From assembly GCA_977018835.1 (NCBI GenBank), contig OZ361256.1, positions 1,302,001 through 1,366,000 on the forward strand: a DNA stretch of 64,000 nt, read 5' to 3'. The stretch comes from Minutocellus sp. GHC0000111 (taxonomy: Eukaryota). Positions within the stretch are counted from its first letter, which is position 1. Every line of letters begins with the position of its first letter. Under the pieces are notes generated by a model, which had not been told where the DNA came from, did not search any database, and was given only the letters and a program-made list of their open reading frames with translations. The translations under genes and the position numbers were made by a program. Of this stretch, positions 1 to 12,224 are shown in pieces.

Positions 1-1
1 T

Positions 2-1819
2 CCCCACGCATCCCGCGTAAACCTGACCAAAGAGAATACCAGCGCCCATCATCGCCGTGAGACCGGCGCTTGCCGCATTTCTGTCCTTGGTATCAAACAA
101 ATCGCCAAGCAAGGAGAAGGCAATGGGTACCGATCCTGACATACACCCCCCACAAACAAATCTGGCAAAGTAGAGCTGGGCATATGTTCGACTCAAGCCC
201 GTGAGGATCGCAGAGACACCGCCTACCAGGCACGTCCAGGCATACAAGCGCTTGCGACTGGCAACCAGATCGGCCACAAAGCCAATGGCGGCACTGACGG
301 GCAGACTGAGGACGCCTGTGGCAAATGCAACGTAAGCGCCGAGGTATAGATCGCGCTGCTCGGGAGTAAATCCGAAGAAGTCGGCCATCTGTGTGAGGTT
401 GGGCGCCATCAGGTTTTGTGGACTCCAAACGAACAGGAATGCCACGGCAAGGAGAAGCGATTGCAGGTGCAGGGTTGGGTCGTCGGGCTGCACATGATGC
501 TTGGTGGCATGCAGCGTCGGCTGCGGTGGCGGACCACCATCGCGATCGGCATCCAAAACGTCGTCCATGCTAAGCTTGCTAACGTTGTCGATCTGATGTG
601 GGCTCAGCTTGGCCGTCCGATCCGTGTCCCAATCCTTACGTAGATTTTGCTGATGCTGTCGCTGTTGCGATGTTCCGTATCTTTTCCCCAAACTTCCATA
701 TCGATCCCTATCGCCTGGAGTTACTGGACTTACGGGACTTATCCTACCGCTGAGATCAATCGATGCGTCGATGGGCATTGGTGTTGCCGGTTCGGTGACG
801 TCCCCTCCGCCATCGCACTCCCCGCCGTCTTTGTCCGCGTCCTTGCCCCACGATGGCTTTGGACTTGCAAAGGGAACGTCCGTCGCAAGTAAATTCGAGG
901 CCTTTGGAGTATCATCTTCAATGCCAATAGATGCACCGGGAGAACCAAACAGGCCGGGTAGCAATTCCACCTCTACCCGAGCATTATTACCAGTGCCTCC
1001 GTCTCCACAGTCTTCCTCTTCGGTGGCCGATTGGCTCAGTGCATTGAGGGAGGATGCGCTGTCCGTCTCGGCATCATCGTCGGCACCAGTAGCGCTCCCA
1101 CCGATGGCTCGATTCTTTCCGTTCGACATTGGCACGGTATCCCCACCCTCGGAGTCGGCTCGGGATCGGTATGATGAGTCTCGGCTACTTGCAATGGCTG
1201 TTCTTCCATAAGTGTTGCCGGTTGCCGCTGGTCGGGGCGGTAGCGCCCTTCCGCCGCTATTGGCTTGCGCTGCTACTAGTACATTTCCCTCTCCCACCAG
1301 CTGACCCTCCACCAGTTGTCCCAGATCGTCATCCGACGGTGCCAATTCCCGCGCATGGCGGAGGGCCCAGGCTCCCGGCGAATCACCGTCGGCATCATCG
1401 ACATTGCTCGTCGATCGAGGGTGCTGTCGGCCCGTCGTACTCGTGCCACCGTCAGCACTGCTACCGACATGTTTGGTGCTGGGCGACAATCGTTTGGACG
1501 TTCGCTGACCGACGTATCCTGGCTTTTCCGGTGGACTGGTATCGGAATCCACCCCGCCGTAAGTCTTGTTGGGTGTGGCCGTGGTTGTGCCTGTGGCTGT
1601 GGCCGACGAAGAGGAGGCATTGTTATTGTTATTGGTACCCTCGAGCCGTACCGCACGGACTCGTGCCGATCGGGTCAGATCCCTCGCACCATTACTCTGT
1701 GCCGTCTGAGAGCGCTCTTGCGGGGAGAATATCGACCGCCTGCTGTTGCTGCCAATAGGAGTGCCGACGCCAGATTCCGAGGCAGGTGTTGCTTGTTGTT
1801 GGTCTGGTGGTGTCGTCAT
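2..1819 (-). CDS. Major facilitator superfamily transporter with long disordered N-terminal extension (3' end runs off the window; absent from ORF track)
   Basis: Manual translation from ATG 1819 (MTTPPDQQQ...) stays open to the left edge and ends in MFS-like TM segments: LLLAVAFLFVWSPQNLMAPNL...AIGFVADLVASRKRL...YFARFVCGGCMSGSVPIAFSLLGDLFDTKDRNAASAGLTAMMGAGILFGQ. Confidence 0.85.
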   Translation of the reverse strand, partial: MTTPPDQQQATPASESGVGTPIGSNSRRSIFSPQERSQTAQSNGARDLTRSARVRAVRLEGTNNNNNASSSSATATGTTTATPNKTYGGVDSDTSPPEKPGYVGQRTSKRLSPSTKHVGSSADGGTSTTGRQHPRSTSNVDDADGDSPGAWALRHARELAPSDDDLGQLVEGQLVGEGNVLVAAQANSGGRALPPRPAATGNTYGRTAIASSRDSSYRSRADSEGGDTVPMSNGKNRAIGGSATGADDDAETDSASSLNALSQSATEEEDCGDGGTGNNARVEVELLPGLFGSPGASIGIEDDTPKASNLLATDVPFASPKPSWGKDADKDGGECDGGGDVTEPATPMPIDASIDLSGRISPVSPVTPGDRDRYGSLGKRYGTSQQRQHQQNLRKDWDTDRTAKLSPHQIDNVSKLSMDDVLDADRDGGPPPQPTLHATKHHVQPDDPTLHLQSLLLAVAFLFVWSPQNLMAPNLTQMADFFGFTPEQRDLYLGAYVAFATGVLSLPVSAAIGFVADLVASRKRLYAWTCLVGGVSAILTGLSRTYAQLYFARFVCGGCMSGSVPIAFSLLGDLFDTKDRNAASAGLTAMMGAGILFGQVYAGCVG

Positions 1820-2180
1820 TTTCTTATTGGCACGAGTGGGTCGAGTGGACGCGGACGCAAGGTGCAGCACAAATAAGTGCAAAAGCGACTCGGCTCTCTC
1901 AACTCAAGCGAGTGAGTCAGAACAAGCGATCAACAACGCAAGTCCTCTCTTGTTTGCATAACAACAACGCAGGAAAGAAGAATATTGTGCCGATACCATT
2001 GGGGATCGGATGTGCCGTCCGCCGTCCATGCATGGTTCCTTGATCGTCTAGCATCGCCATTTTTATCCGGGTCCCTTCATGCGAACAAACATTGCAACAT
2101 TCGAAGCCGTTGCTCGATCCCGAAGTCGTAGGAATCTACTCGAGCGTAGTAGAATGCGGCTACAAATACCACCCCTCGCC

Positions 2181-2821
2181 ATGACGGCGCTGGTAGGAGC
2201 CTTGGCTGTCCTGGTTGCTCCTCGGGGGATTGTCGCCTTCGCTCCTCCGTCGGCAAAAACAGGCGAATGCTGCTGCTGCTCTCCCGCGCCCGCCACACAT
2301 GCGTATGTGCAGCAACCAATGTCTTCTTCGCCTACTACTTCTAGTACGTCTCTCAACGTCTTTGGACCACGGAAAGAGCAGACCGAGCGCGAAGTTCTGG
2401 AACTGAAGAAGCATATTCGCTCTTTTGAGGGCGCCATCCGTAGGGAGGAGGAGTACAATTCTCTCGTCTCTCTCGTTACCGGCCTGTTTGCCGCCGCTGC
2501 TGTGTTCTTCGTCGTCGACGGTAATGCCTGTCCGGCCTGTGCCGAGGCATTTCCCGATACCTACCAGGCATTGCAAGATTCCGACCTCGTCCTTGCCGCA
2601 CGTCAAGTGAGAGCGTAGCAACCATTGCAGAGGCTGCGAAGCCACCTGTAGAGGCATCTAGCGCTATCAATACTGCGGCTGCAGATGCTCCTGCTGTGGA
2701 AACTCCTGTCGCGTCGGTAGCAGAGCCGGTGGTTGAGAAGGTAGTAGAACCTGCAAAGGACGTAGCCCCGCCAACCCCGCCGCCGCCTTCACTATCAGCT
2801 GTGCCTTCGGGGGTTATCTGA
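2181..2821 (+). CDS. Putative plastid-targeted single-TM protein; apparent 1-nt frameshift near 2608-2615
   Basis: Signal peptide + VA-FAPP motif, coiled segment, TM SLVSLVTGLFAAAAVFFVV; after the TAG at 2616-2618 another frame continues as an A/P/E/V-rich tail (VATIAEAAKPPVE...PSGVI*) to TGA ending 2821. Confidence 0.55.
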
Positions 2822-2962
2822 ACGAACCCCGTCGTCTACATTGTAATTGCACTTTTAACGTTTTTCACACAAATAAATGATTCATATTTACACGTCCTTA
2901 CTCTACTACGTACACAATATTTGTATTCGCGTGCAATACTAGTAAAGTATCTACTGATTCAG

Positions 2963-4069
2963 TTATGCACTTCGAGGGAACAGCTGCTTCTTCTCTGGCA
3001 TATTGGAATCAGAAATTTGACTCCTATTGGGGCTGGAAGTGTTGTCGTCCTTCTCGCCTCCTATTTCAATGCTTTCCCATAAATGTAGGAGGCTAAACAC
3101 GTCAACATCGACCTCACGTTCCTTCCAGAGAGCTCTACTTTGAGCTCGTTTGGCCGCTGCGATTGTCTTCTCGAAGAGGTCGCCATCATTTGGTAGGGCT
3201 GTTGGCCGACCTGCTTCGAAAGACTTGACCCTACGTCGTCGCCTGGAAGGTTTCATGTCAATTTTTGAAGGTAACGTTGGCGCAGATGTGTATACATGTA
3301 TTGGGGGTTGGCCGAATGTGGCTTGTGAGTTCTCCTTCAGAAGATGTTCTAATTTTTGTTTTTCTCTTTTCAGCTCAACAAGTTTTGCCTCTGTTCTAGC
3401 GATTTCGTCGCCTAGAGAAAATATCTTTCCAGCGATAATGCATTGTTCGTCAGTTCCTCCTATTAACGATTGAGATCGCTTCTTAACATTTCGGCCGCTA
3501 CCACTTGCTGCCACAGTGGTGTCATCGTCAGCATCGACTGAGGGAGCTGACCTCGTGGCGCTCGCATACTTCTTCGTTCTTGCCGTGCGTATAGTATAGT
3601 TCTCTGGTTTGTCGTCCTGTTGAGCACTGGATTCTCGCTCAAGTGACTTGTAGTAATAATTGTACGGGCTCTTTGGCTCGCAGACAACGTCAACGTTTAG
3701 GGATTGAAACAGTGTCATAATGGGCGAGCTCAACGGTGAAAGGTGATTGGAGAGAGATAGCGGATCGGCATCATAATTATCCCCCTCCATCGATTTACGA
3801 ACTTCCGTACATTTCTGCTTTGCATTTCCGGCTCTGTTGCCATTCCCTTTCCTCGCCATGGCACCTATTGCCGCGGGGGTTGAGGAGATGTGTTCAATCT
3901 GACCAGTTGTCGCTTTGTGCCTGCTAGTGATCGTGCTCATACTTTTACATACTAAACCGTCCTGGCACTGCGGGTACATGTAGTGTAAGTAGATCGGGAA
4001 ATCTTCGCCACAAGCACTGACTTGTTCATCCCCTTCGCGATTTCTTCGCCATGTCGTTCTTCTCGGCAA
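2963..4069 (-). CDS. Hypothetical protein with short coiled coil (start uncertain)
   Basis: 368-codon ORF, no recognisable domain; coiled segment LGDEIARTEAKLVELKREKQKLEHLL. Confidence 0.5.
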   Translation of the reverse strand: MPRRTTWRRNREGDEQVSACGEDFPIYLHYMYPQCQDGLVCKSMSTITSRHKATTGQIEHISSTPAAIGAMARKGNGNRAGNAKQKCTEVRKSMEGDNYDADPLSLSNHLSPLSSPIMTLFQSLNVDVVCEPKSPYNYYYKSLERESSAQQDDKPENYTIRTARTKKYASATRSAPSVDADDDTTVAASGSGRNVKKRSQSLIGGTDEQCIIAGKIFSLGDEIARTEAKLVELKREKQKLEHLLKENSQATFGQPPIHVYTSAPTLPSKIDMKPSRRRRRVKSFEAGRPTALPNDGDLFEKTIAAAKRAQSRALWKEREVDVDVFSLLHLWESIEIGGEKDDNTSSPNRSQISDSNMPEKKQLFPRSA

Positions 4070-4564
4070 ACACAGGGCATGGGAATGATTTACGAGTAGA
4101 AGAAAGACATGTCACATTCGACATTTTGGGGCTGATGTACCGGTAATAGATCTACTAGCTAGATAGATCTCTAGGCTAGCTAGTAGGTAGGAATTCCTAG
4201 TAGAGGGCTGTTTTTTATTCGTGAAATATTTTTTTTTTTACGAAAATGTCTCCGCCGTGTAGAATCTACGTAGCTACTAGATCTACACTGTAGATGCATA
4301 GAGAGAGACGTCTACATGTACTTTATTGGTGTGATACGATAAAAAGGCAAATTTAGAAAAAGAAACTGATTCAATTTCAGCTTTCGAGACTTTGTGAGGA
4401 CGAAAACTTCTTTTCTCAGCATGTTCCCCTTTACTTATTCGAGAATTTCCGCTTTCTCGGTCGTCCCGGTATGCCAGCAACTGCGTGCCAATCGAATTAT
4501 TTTGCCCATTGTCTACAAAGAGAGCCGAAAGCCAAGAAACAACATACATCCGTCCTTATCAATC

Positions 4565-6360
4565 CTATCTTGCACTACCTCCGTACTTGAAGTACGGGCT
4601 TCGGCCAGGATCATAGTAGTTGCTGTTGTCACCGCTGCCGAACCGACCATCATCCGAGATGCGGTACCTTCCACCGTCGCGTCCATCGGACAGCCGCCGA
4701 CGATCGGGGGTGCCCCGCCTGACAAACTCCGAGTCGGACATGTACGCCTTATTGCGCTGAGAGTCAAAAAGAGGCTTGAAGGTGGAGCTGCGGCTGTACT
4801 CGTTGGCGTCGGCATTGTAGGTGACACCACCACTGTATCGCTTCTCCTTACCCAAGTCGGACTGGCGGCGCATGCCCATGTCAGGACGCTCGTCGTAGTA
4901 CATGGGCGGAGGGGGAGGTCCACCTGCCATGTAGCGGTCCATGTCCTTGCCCTGATCCGACAACCGGCCTGAGGAGGGACCGCTGCCCATCATGGCATCC
5001 CTTCTCATGTTCTGGGGGTGAGGTCCACCGCGAGACGAGTCAAAGAGAGGCTTGTACGTGGAAGAAGAACGATTCCCAATGTCCGAAAGACGACCGGTGC
5101 TCGACAGACCACCAATGCCATACCTATCACCTTCGCTAGGACCGGGCTGCCACCGACCGTACCGGTCGTAGAGCCCATCCGCGCTAGACCAAGAACTGCG
5201 GGCCAGGGCCATGGGAGCACTACGTCGTTCGTCTCGGCGATCATATTCCTTGCCAACATCGCTGAGCCGTCCACTCGATCCGCCTCCACCGCCGCCGGGG
5301 GCACTGTAGGGCAGATCATTCGAGTAGGGACCACCAGCACCATCCCATCGACGATCACTCTCCCGCATCATTCGTCGGTCGTACCGTTCCTGGTCCGTGC
5401 CCTCGTCACTCAAGCGGATCGACCGTCTACCACGGGGCATGGGGGCGAGGGCATCCCGCCTCATGTTCTGAGGGTGCTGATCACGGCTGCTGGCAAACAG
5501 AGGCTTGAAGGTGCTGGACTGCTTGTCCTCGCCGTGGCGGCGCTGGTAGCTGTACGGGTCGTCGATGTCGGGGTAGTCATAAGGGCCGTTGTAATTGTAG
5601 TTGTTGGGTACGCGGTACGTGTCCATCTTTCCCCGATCACTAAGACGGCCAGTCGATCTAGGAGGAGCCAGAGCCATGGGACCACCAACATCGCCGTTGC
5701 CGCCGCGCTGATCGTTGAAGAGAGGCTTGTAGGTGGAACTCATGGGACCACCTTTACATGTCATGATGTGTGAGACAAGAAAAGAATTGAAATAAATACC
5801 GCCAGTAGTACACAACAAAAAATGAGATGCACGAAGAGCGAGGCAAAGAGTGAGCAAGATACGATGCGATATAAGTTCAAGTTTCGCCCCTATAAAACCA
5901 ATAGAACTTGGACACCGATGGGTTGACTTCTTGGCCACCGGTTGCGTGTATTGGCCACCGGTTGCCTATGCCATTTTCGCCGTTGCTTTTTTCTTTGCTT
6001 TCTTTTTTTCTTCTGTGTTACAGTAGTTGCTGCAATACAACACAGATGCACCCGACAAACAAAAAGATAACACCACACACCATAGTCGTAGGGGCCGGGT
6101 CCGTAATCGTCCATGTCGTTGGGGCGGGGAGGGCCGTACGGCAGGTCGTCGTAGTCACCATGTCGGCCGCCCCTGCGGGCAAGTGCCGAGGAGGGGACGA
6201 GGGCCGACGACGGGTTGTCGTGCGTGGCGGACGAGGAGGCGATTCCTCCCAGACCCTTGGCGGTGTAGGCGTCGACGCCGAGCGGTGAATTTGTGGAGAA
6301 GGAGGAGAGCGCGAGCGCCGCGGCAGCGGCCACCGCCGCTGGGCTGAAGCGGAGCACCAT
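4565..6360 (-). CDS. Low-complexity R/G/D/Y/M repeat protein with bipartite leader (exons 6360-6081, 5751-4565; about 488 aa)
   Basis: [20 protein letters not shown]...GVDA-YT leader; phase-1 GT..AG intron 6080-5752 joins PYDYG to GPMSSTYKPLF; 6x RLSD plus RQSD/RISD variants, 4x ST[YF]KPLF, 2x HPQNMRRDA. Confidence 0.75.
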
Positions 6361-6606
6361 CTTGCAACCAACTGCCAAAAATAAAACGGCGGTCTGCAGG
6401 TCTTCATGCCATGCAGTCGGCCGGCGGTGCAGCAGGCCGTGATGTCAGACAGAAAAAAACCTGCTGACGTGGTGATTTTGTTGGGTGTCTCTCGGCCCCT
6501 CGGCTTCTAAAAAACTCGACTTGAAGGCATCACGCTGTCAGTTGCTTGCTTTGCCGCATGCCATTCTGTGCTGGTTATCGATATCGTTGAAATTAGCAGC
6601 TGAACC

Positions 6607-8150
6607 ATGACCCGCTTCCTTGCCCTGACCCTGGCCGCCATCCTCGGCGCCGCCGCCTCCGTCGCGGCCTTTGCCCCCGCCCCCGGTGCCGCCTCGGCCC
6701 GTCCCTCCACCTCCTCCAAGACCTCCCTTTCCTACGGCTCCAACTACGGCGTCATGGACGGGGACGACGAGTACTACCGCGGAACCGACCGGTACGGCCG
6801 TGCCGGCTATGGCAACCGTGGTGGATATGGCCGCTCGGGCTACAACGACGACAACTACCGCGGTGGTGGCGGATACCGGACCGAGCGCCTCAGCGACGTA
6901 GGCAAGGTAAGTTGATTTATATTTATTGCCAGCGGAGAACATTTTGTTTAGGATGGCACATGACATGTGTGGTCGAGAACATTTTTTCTCTTTTTGGAAC
7001 AGTCAGCTTTGGAAGAAGAAAAGACAGATGCCATGCCCCAAGAAAAAGTTCTACATACTTTGCAATAAGATATGGGAGCAATACTAGCTACGTAGTAAGT
7101 AGCAATTTGCTCTCTGGGCAAAGAAAGGGTGTGGAACCGAAAGGAGAAGATTCTGTGTTCTGTGCCGTTCCCGCCTTCTGTGCCGAAAAATGGAGGAAGT
7201 TATGTACTAGTACTACGGTGTAGCACGAGGACCGAGCCACTTCTTGTTCCAGGCAATGGCAATCCGCCGCAAGCGACTGGTATAAGTCCGGTATCCCGTT
7301 CCAGTCGCAATACGTGTACATATAACTCGTTTTGGGATTGTAGGAGGATGCCGGTTGGGAAAGGACGTCGACCTCTCTTTTTTCGTCCGGCGAACACGAA
7401 AGATTTTTTTCATCTCCGAAAGCCTAACAGCAGATCAAAAAGTCTCACCCTTTTACTTATCTTGGCTCAACTGCATTTATTTCTCTCCCTTGTTTACATT
7501 GACTCTGACTGACGTGCTTGGAACAATAGCGCTACGGACCCTACAACGATGGATACCGTGGAGGAGGATACTCGAACTACGGTGGCGGAGGAGGACGTCG
7601 AGTCAGTGACCTGTACAATGGCGGCGGCGGTTACAACAACCAGGGCTACAACGACTACGATCGCTACGGCCGTCGTGGATACAGCTCTGGCCGCCTTTCC
7701 GATCAGGGCAAGTACGGCAACTACGGACCGTACCAGGATGGATACGGCCGCGGCGGTGGGCTGGTCCGCTCCTCTTCCAACTACGGCGACCTCTACAACA
7801 ACAACCGTGGGGGTACCTACGGTGGCGGCTACCGCTCTGGCCGCCTCTCCGATCAGGGCAAGTACTACAATGATGCCTATGGCTACAATGATTATGGCCG
7901 CAATGAATACCGCAGCAGCGGTTATTCCAGCGGTGCCTACGGCGACAATCGCTACTCCGGTGGCCTCACCCCCTACTACCAGAACCAGTACGGTCGTGGT
8001 AGCTCCACTTACAAGCCCCTCTTCGGTGACAAGACCTACCTGAACGACTACGGCTATGGAGATCGCTCTGGATACAGCCCCTACTACAACCCCGACCGGG
8101 ATGCCTACTATCACCAACCCCAGACCAGCGGAGAGCGCAACAGTTACTAA
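6607..8150 (+). CDS. Plastid-targeted Tyr/Gly/Arg/Asn-rich prion-like repeat protein (exons 6607-6906, 7530-8150; about 306 aa)
   Basis: Signal + ASVAA-FAP motif; donor AAG|GTAAGT at 6906/6907, acceptor TAG at 7529; exon 2 (not in the ORF track in this frame) reads RYGPYNDGYRGGGY...SGRLSDQGKY...SGRLSDQGKY...SSTYKPLFGDK...ERNSY*. Confidence 0.85.
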
Positions 8151-8888
8151 AGGGCGCCGCTGCCGTCAGGTAGATTGAGCTGAATTATGGAGAGGGCGGA
8201 TGGTACAGGGAAGATATGAGAATATCGTGGTAGAGTGGAGTATATCTAGCTTTTTGATGTTTGACTTCATAATGTTACATGAATGAAGTCAAGAGAAGTA
8301 TAAACACCGTTTTTTGTGCCCGAAAGATGAAAACCTTGGGGATTTGATTTGTGAAGAAAAAGAAAATGCATGCGACAATCTAGAGCGCACACATTATACA
8401 TTTGTTCCTGGCGAATGGCACTGTGGCAACGAGGGTGTGGTGGGAGAGTAGTCCTTAAATCTTTGTCTTTCCTCGCCAGATTTATTTGGACCAAAGGAGA
8501 AAGTCTCGTGAGAGGAAGGAAACAAAAGGACTATCTTTCACCGGCTGCGACATGTCAATGCCAGCAAGTAGATATAGTAGTAGATTGTTAGTTTTGCACT
8601 ACACGTATTTATTCCACTGATCTTTTTACCCTCTATATTAGGAGGGCATCGCAAAAGAGTGTCTGAAACTACATGTACGTAGCAGATCCTCTCTGCAATG
8701 CTTCATCAATCAACAAAACGACATGTGAAGTGCTCGATCGAGACGAAACATCCTCTAGCTACGTACGTAGATTACCTACCCTAGCTAGCTATGTAGACTA
8801 ACTTTTTCACACAATCCCAGATTTTATTTATTTGAATGTAACCGCCCTCGGGCAAATTACTTCATAATTTGCGCCCTCGGGACCTCGG

Positions 8889-11458
8889 TTACATTAATAA
8901 CGCCCTTCGTAATATTTTTGCGAGCTCTTCCGAGCGAAAAATATTAAATACATCAGGGTCGTTATTATAAGTATTGTCAAAGATCTCCTTGTCACTCGAG
9001 AATGATACTATCGATGATCTCAACGAGGAGCGCTTTTGATTTTCAATGTTCGTGCCGTGACCATCACGATCATTGCTGCCTTGTTCATCTTCGCTGTCAC
9101 CCAAATGGCCGACATTTTGAGAACTGAGATCTCGTGCAATCCTCGCCAAGGATTCTTGCTGATGTTTTGGAATGTCCATGTTCTTGCTGGCCGAAAACCG
9201 CTTGGCAAAGCCGAGCATTCGGTTGCTCTTTTGCTCGTGGTCTCCCTGCAAATTCAGCGTTTGCTGTCCACTGATGCTGTAGGACTTTGCTCTATTGAAC
9301 TTTGCCCTCTTTTTCTCTGAGTCGGTCCTCCTGATCTTGCCGCCACCGGAGCCGAGTTTACCCATCAATAGCATCCCAGGCTTCAGGTGGCCGCTAGTTG
9401 TAAGCTCTTTCTGCGCTTGTCTTGCCTCCATGTCTGCAATATACTCTTTATAGCGGCGGTGGGGCGGACCCACAAGAACAATGTTGGCAGCCCAGTAGAG
9501 CACTTGATTGGCAACTGCCAATATCCAGTTGAGAGTTTCAGGAATCGGCGATATGGATATGATGAAAGAAAAGAGCACCGCAAGGACTAATGCCACAAGA
9601 GATGCAATCACGACCATATCGATTACCGTCAGGTGAGACATCTTTGGTATCGACTCCTGGACGATGTAGAGGAAAGCAATCGTCGACAGCAAAAGCGTGA
9701 CAAGCACCTCAAGTCGTCCCTGCAAGTTATCCGTTTCGATGCCGTATGGGGAAAGCGATGTCAAAACAAGGAGCCATAGTGGGAGCACTGCATTTGTTTG
9801 TGGATTTTGCAACGGATTTTTGGTTAGTAAAGAAGAAACCGAATAAAAACAGCCTGCACGCCCAGCTATGTCAACTCACGTATTTTCAGGTAGTAGTATT
9901 GCGCCTTGCGAACAAGATGAATATCAAACTTGAATGTGATGGGTTTCTCAGGATCATTGACCGACGGGTTGATGACGTTCTGACTCCACCCCAGGATGGA
10001 AAACTCGCTAACCTTGCCGCCCCACCCAAAGAAGAAAAAGGGAACTATATGGTTGTAGATAGATTAAGGTATGTGAGGTCGAAGCTTTTCGGGTCAGCAA
10101 CGGAAACAAGGACGCACACTCCGTTGTATTACAAGCACGAAAGAATACATTTATTTGTCCCACATATACTCACCATCTTTTCTATTCAACATAGGCTCCA
10201 AAGAGTATACCCTCTTGACAGGATCATTCCCAAAGCGACTTCCGTCGAGCGTCCTCCAATTGCAAATAGTGATGAATTTCATCTCCAGCTCATCATTGTC
10301 AAATGGGAAATCACGCAGATCCATCGGATTGTAGACAGGGCCATGGAAGGTAATGGTCCGCTTGAGCCGACCGGTTTCACTCGACAGCAGCGAAAAGGAA
10401 TCATAGACGACCTCGCATTCGTTCTGCGCATTTTCCAGGATGATATCAGGACCCCACAAATCCCCGGGCAAGTCATTAGTGGTGATGGGCAAACCGCACA
10501 GCCGCGGATCGTTCCATTCAAAAACCACCACAAACTTTATGACACATGTAAAGTCCACCGTTGAAATGTTAGTGAGCTTAAAGCAGGCGCAGCGAAAATC
10601 AACCCGCAACGGCTTATCCTCGTCGGCCTCCAACAGCAGCTCACTGCCCGTCGCTGTCTTCTGGATAGTCGACGGAGGCGGCGGCATCCAATAGGCAATG
10701 GCATTATCGACAGCATCGGGGTCCATGTCATCATTTGTCCCGTAGGATCCCATTGACGTCTTGCGGTTTGGAGGCCGACCAAAGGCCGCTGGGCGTGCGT
10801 GCTCTAGACTGGTCTTTCGGATCATTGATGGTCGGTTCTGAGATGGCCGATGGAGTTCATCCGAGTGGCGGCGATTCACAATCCCAAGCGCGGAAAGATT
10901 GTCCCCCGACGAATGGCGTCGCATAGCCTTTGGTTTGGTGGATTCATCGGACGTTGCCAACTTTTCGCTGATGCTTTCACCTTCGTCATTGAGGCTTATA
11001 GACAGGCTGATCTCGCTATCCCTACGCTGAGCACAGGTTGATGGATCTGATAAGTTCCGCCTGAGTTCAATGGGGAACGTGGAAGATGTACCGTTGGATC
11101 GCATGACTCGTTCCGAGTCGGCATGTTTCTCCGAAAGTGCGGGACGGTCCGAGATCCTGGCACCACCCACCATGCCGCTCCCACGACCGTCACTATCGCT
11201 ATCGCTGTCTTCTTCCATAAAGGCACTTTCGTAGGCCTTCATAGCAACGGCAAGACTGCTCGACGAACGCCGCCGGCCGTCTTTTTCGTCTGCCTCGGCC
11301 TCCTTCACGGCCTGCCGGACGGTTTCCGCCAACAGTTTGGACGACCCCCGTCGCTCACCGCTAGACGTAACACTGGTCGGATTTCCGTGTGGATTTTGCA
11401 GAGATCGTTGCCTCTGTCGATTTTGAACAATGTTGGTTGGCTGGTTCAAGGATGGCAT
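8889..11458 (-). CDS. Cys-less (Pro-loop) pentameric ligand-gated ion channel-like protein (exons 11458-10174, 10044-9880, 9787-8889)
   Basis: ISTVDFTCVIKFVVVFEWNDPRL, LWGPDIILEN, MDLRDFPFD, spliced pre-M1 RKAQYYYLKILLPLWLL, M2 RLEVLVTLLLSTIAF, IPKMSHLTVID before M3; both introns GT-AG and frame-consistent. Confidence 0.85.
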
Positions 11459-12224
11459 AACTAATGTGTGGAAGTGAGAGGGTGCCACGCGGGTGAAGCT
11501 GCAAAGCAGAAATGACCGATTGTGTATTATTGGTGTCAGGAAAGCAACGCGGTATTTTTCCTTCGCTTCAGGTAGATCAATGAAGGACAAAGTACCTGGG
11601 TGTAGTAGATGAGCACCACCACCTGTAATTGAGTTGGGTGGCGAACGCAGCGCTAGCTCTACGTAGCGCTCCAATATCAATTCCACGCACGAAGGCGGCG
11701 AGATGATGGCTCCATGGATCGAGCGAGGGCAGAAGTAACAAGTTGCAAATTAAGAGTTTCAGAGTTGCTTTTTGCGGGTGCGCCACTATTGTACACGTAT
11801 GACTTGCTCGACCCAGCGGTCTTTCCGTCAATCGTCAATCGTCGAAATAGTCTTTCCGTCATCCGTCGAAAGCAACCTGTGCCTCTCGCGTGCGCACGAA
11901 GAGGCTGTTTCCTCCGCTTGGAACCGCCATCAGCTTCAACCGGAGGCCATTTTGCATCTTCTCTCAGCAAGAGATTGTTCTACATCGCCCCGTAGATTGG
12001 TTTTTTCAACGCTGTTGTTGACCTTGCCGTTCAGTGAAACGTGCTTGTTGATTCTAGATTTTGCCCGTCGTTGTTGAATTGGTTGCCGCTCGCTCAGTAG
12101 ATCAGACGTTCGTCCACTCACATCAACCATCTCAGACATCAACAGACGAGACGAACGAAAACGAAGAAGAAAGAGAGAAGCAGAGCGTACCAAGTTTTGC
12201 TCGCGCACTCACGCAATAACCAAA

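Noticed and set aside
4394..8117. Long antisense/alternate-frame ORFs over the repeat genes (and similar shadows elsewhere, including over pol)
   Set aside because: Shadows of biased codon usage; TA loss also removes TAA/TAG stops in the retroelement.
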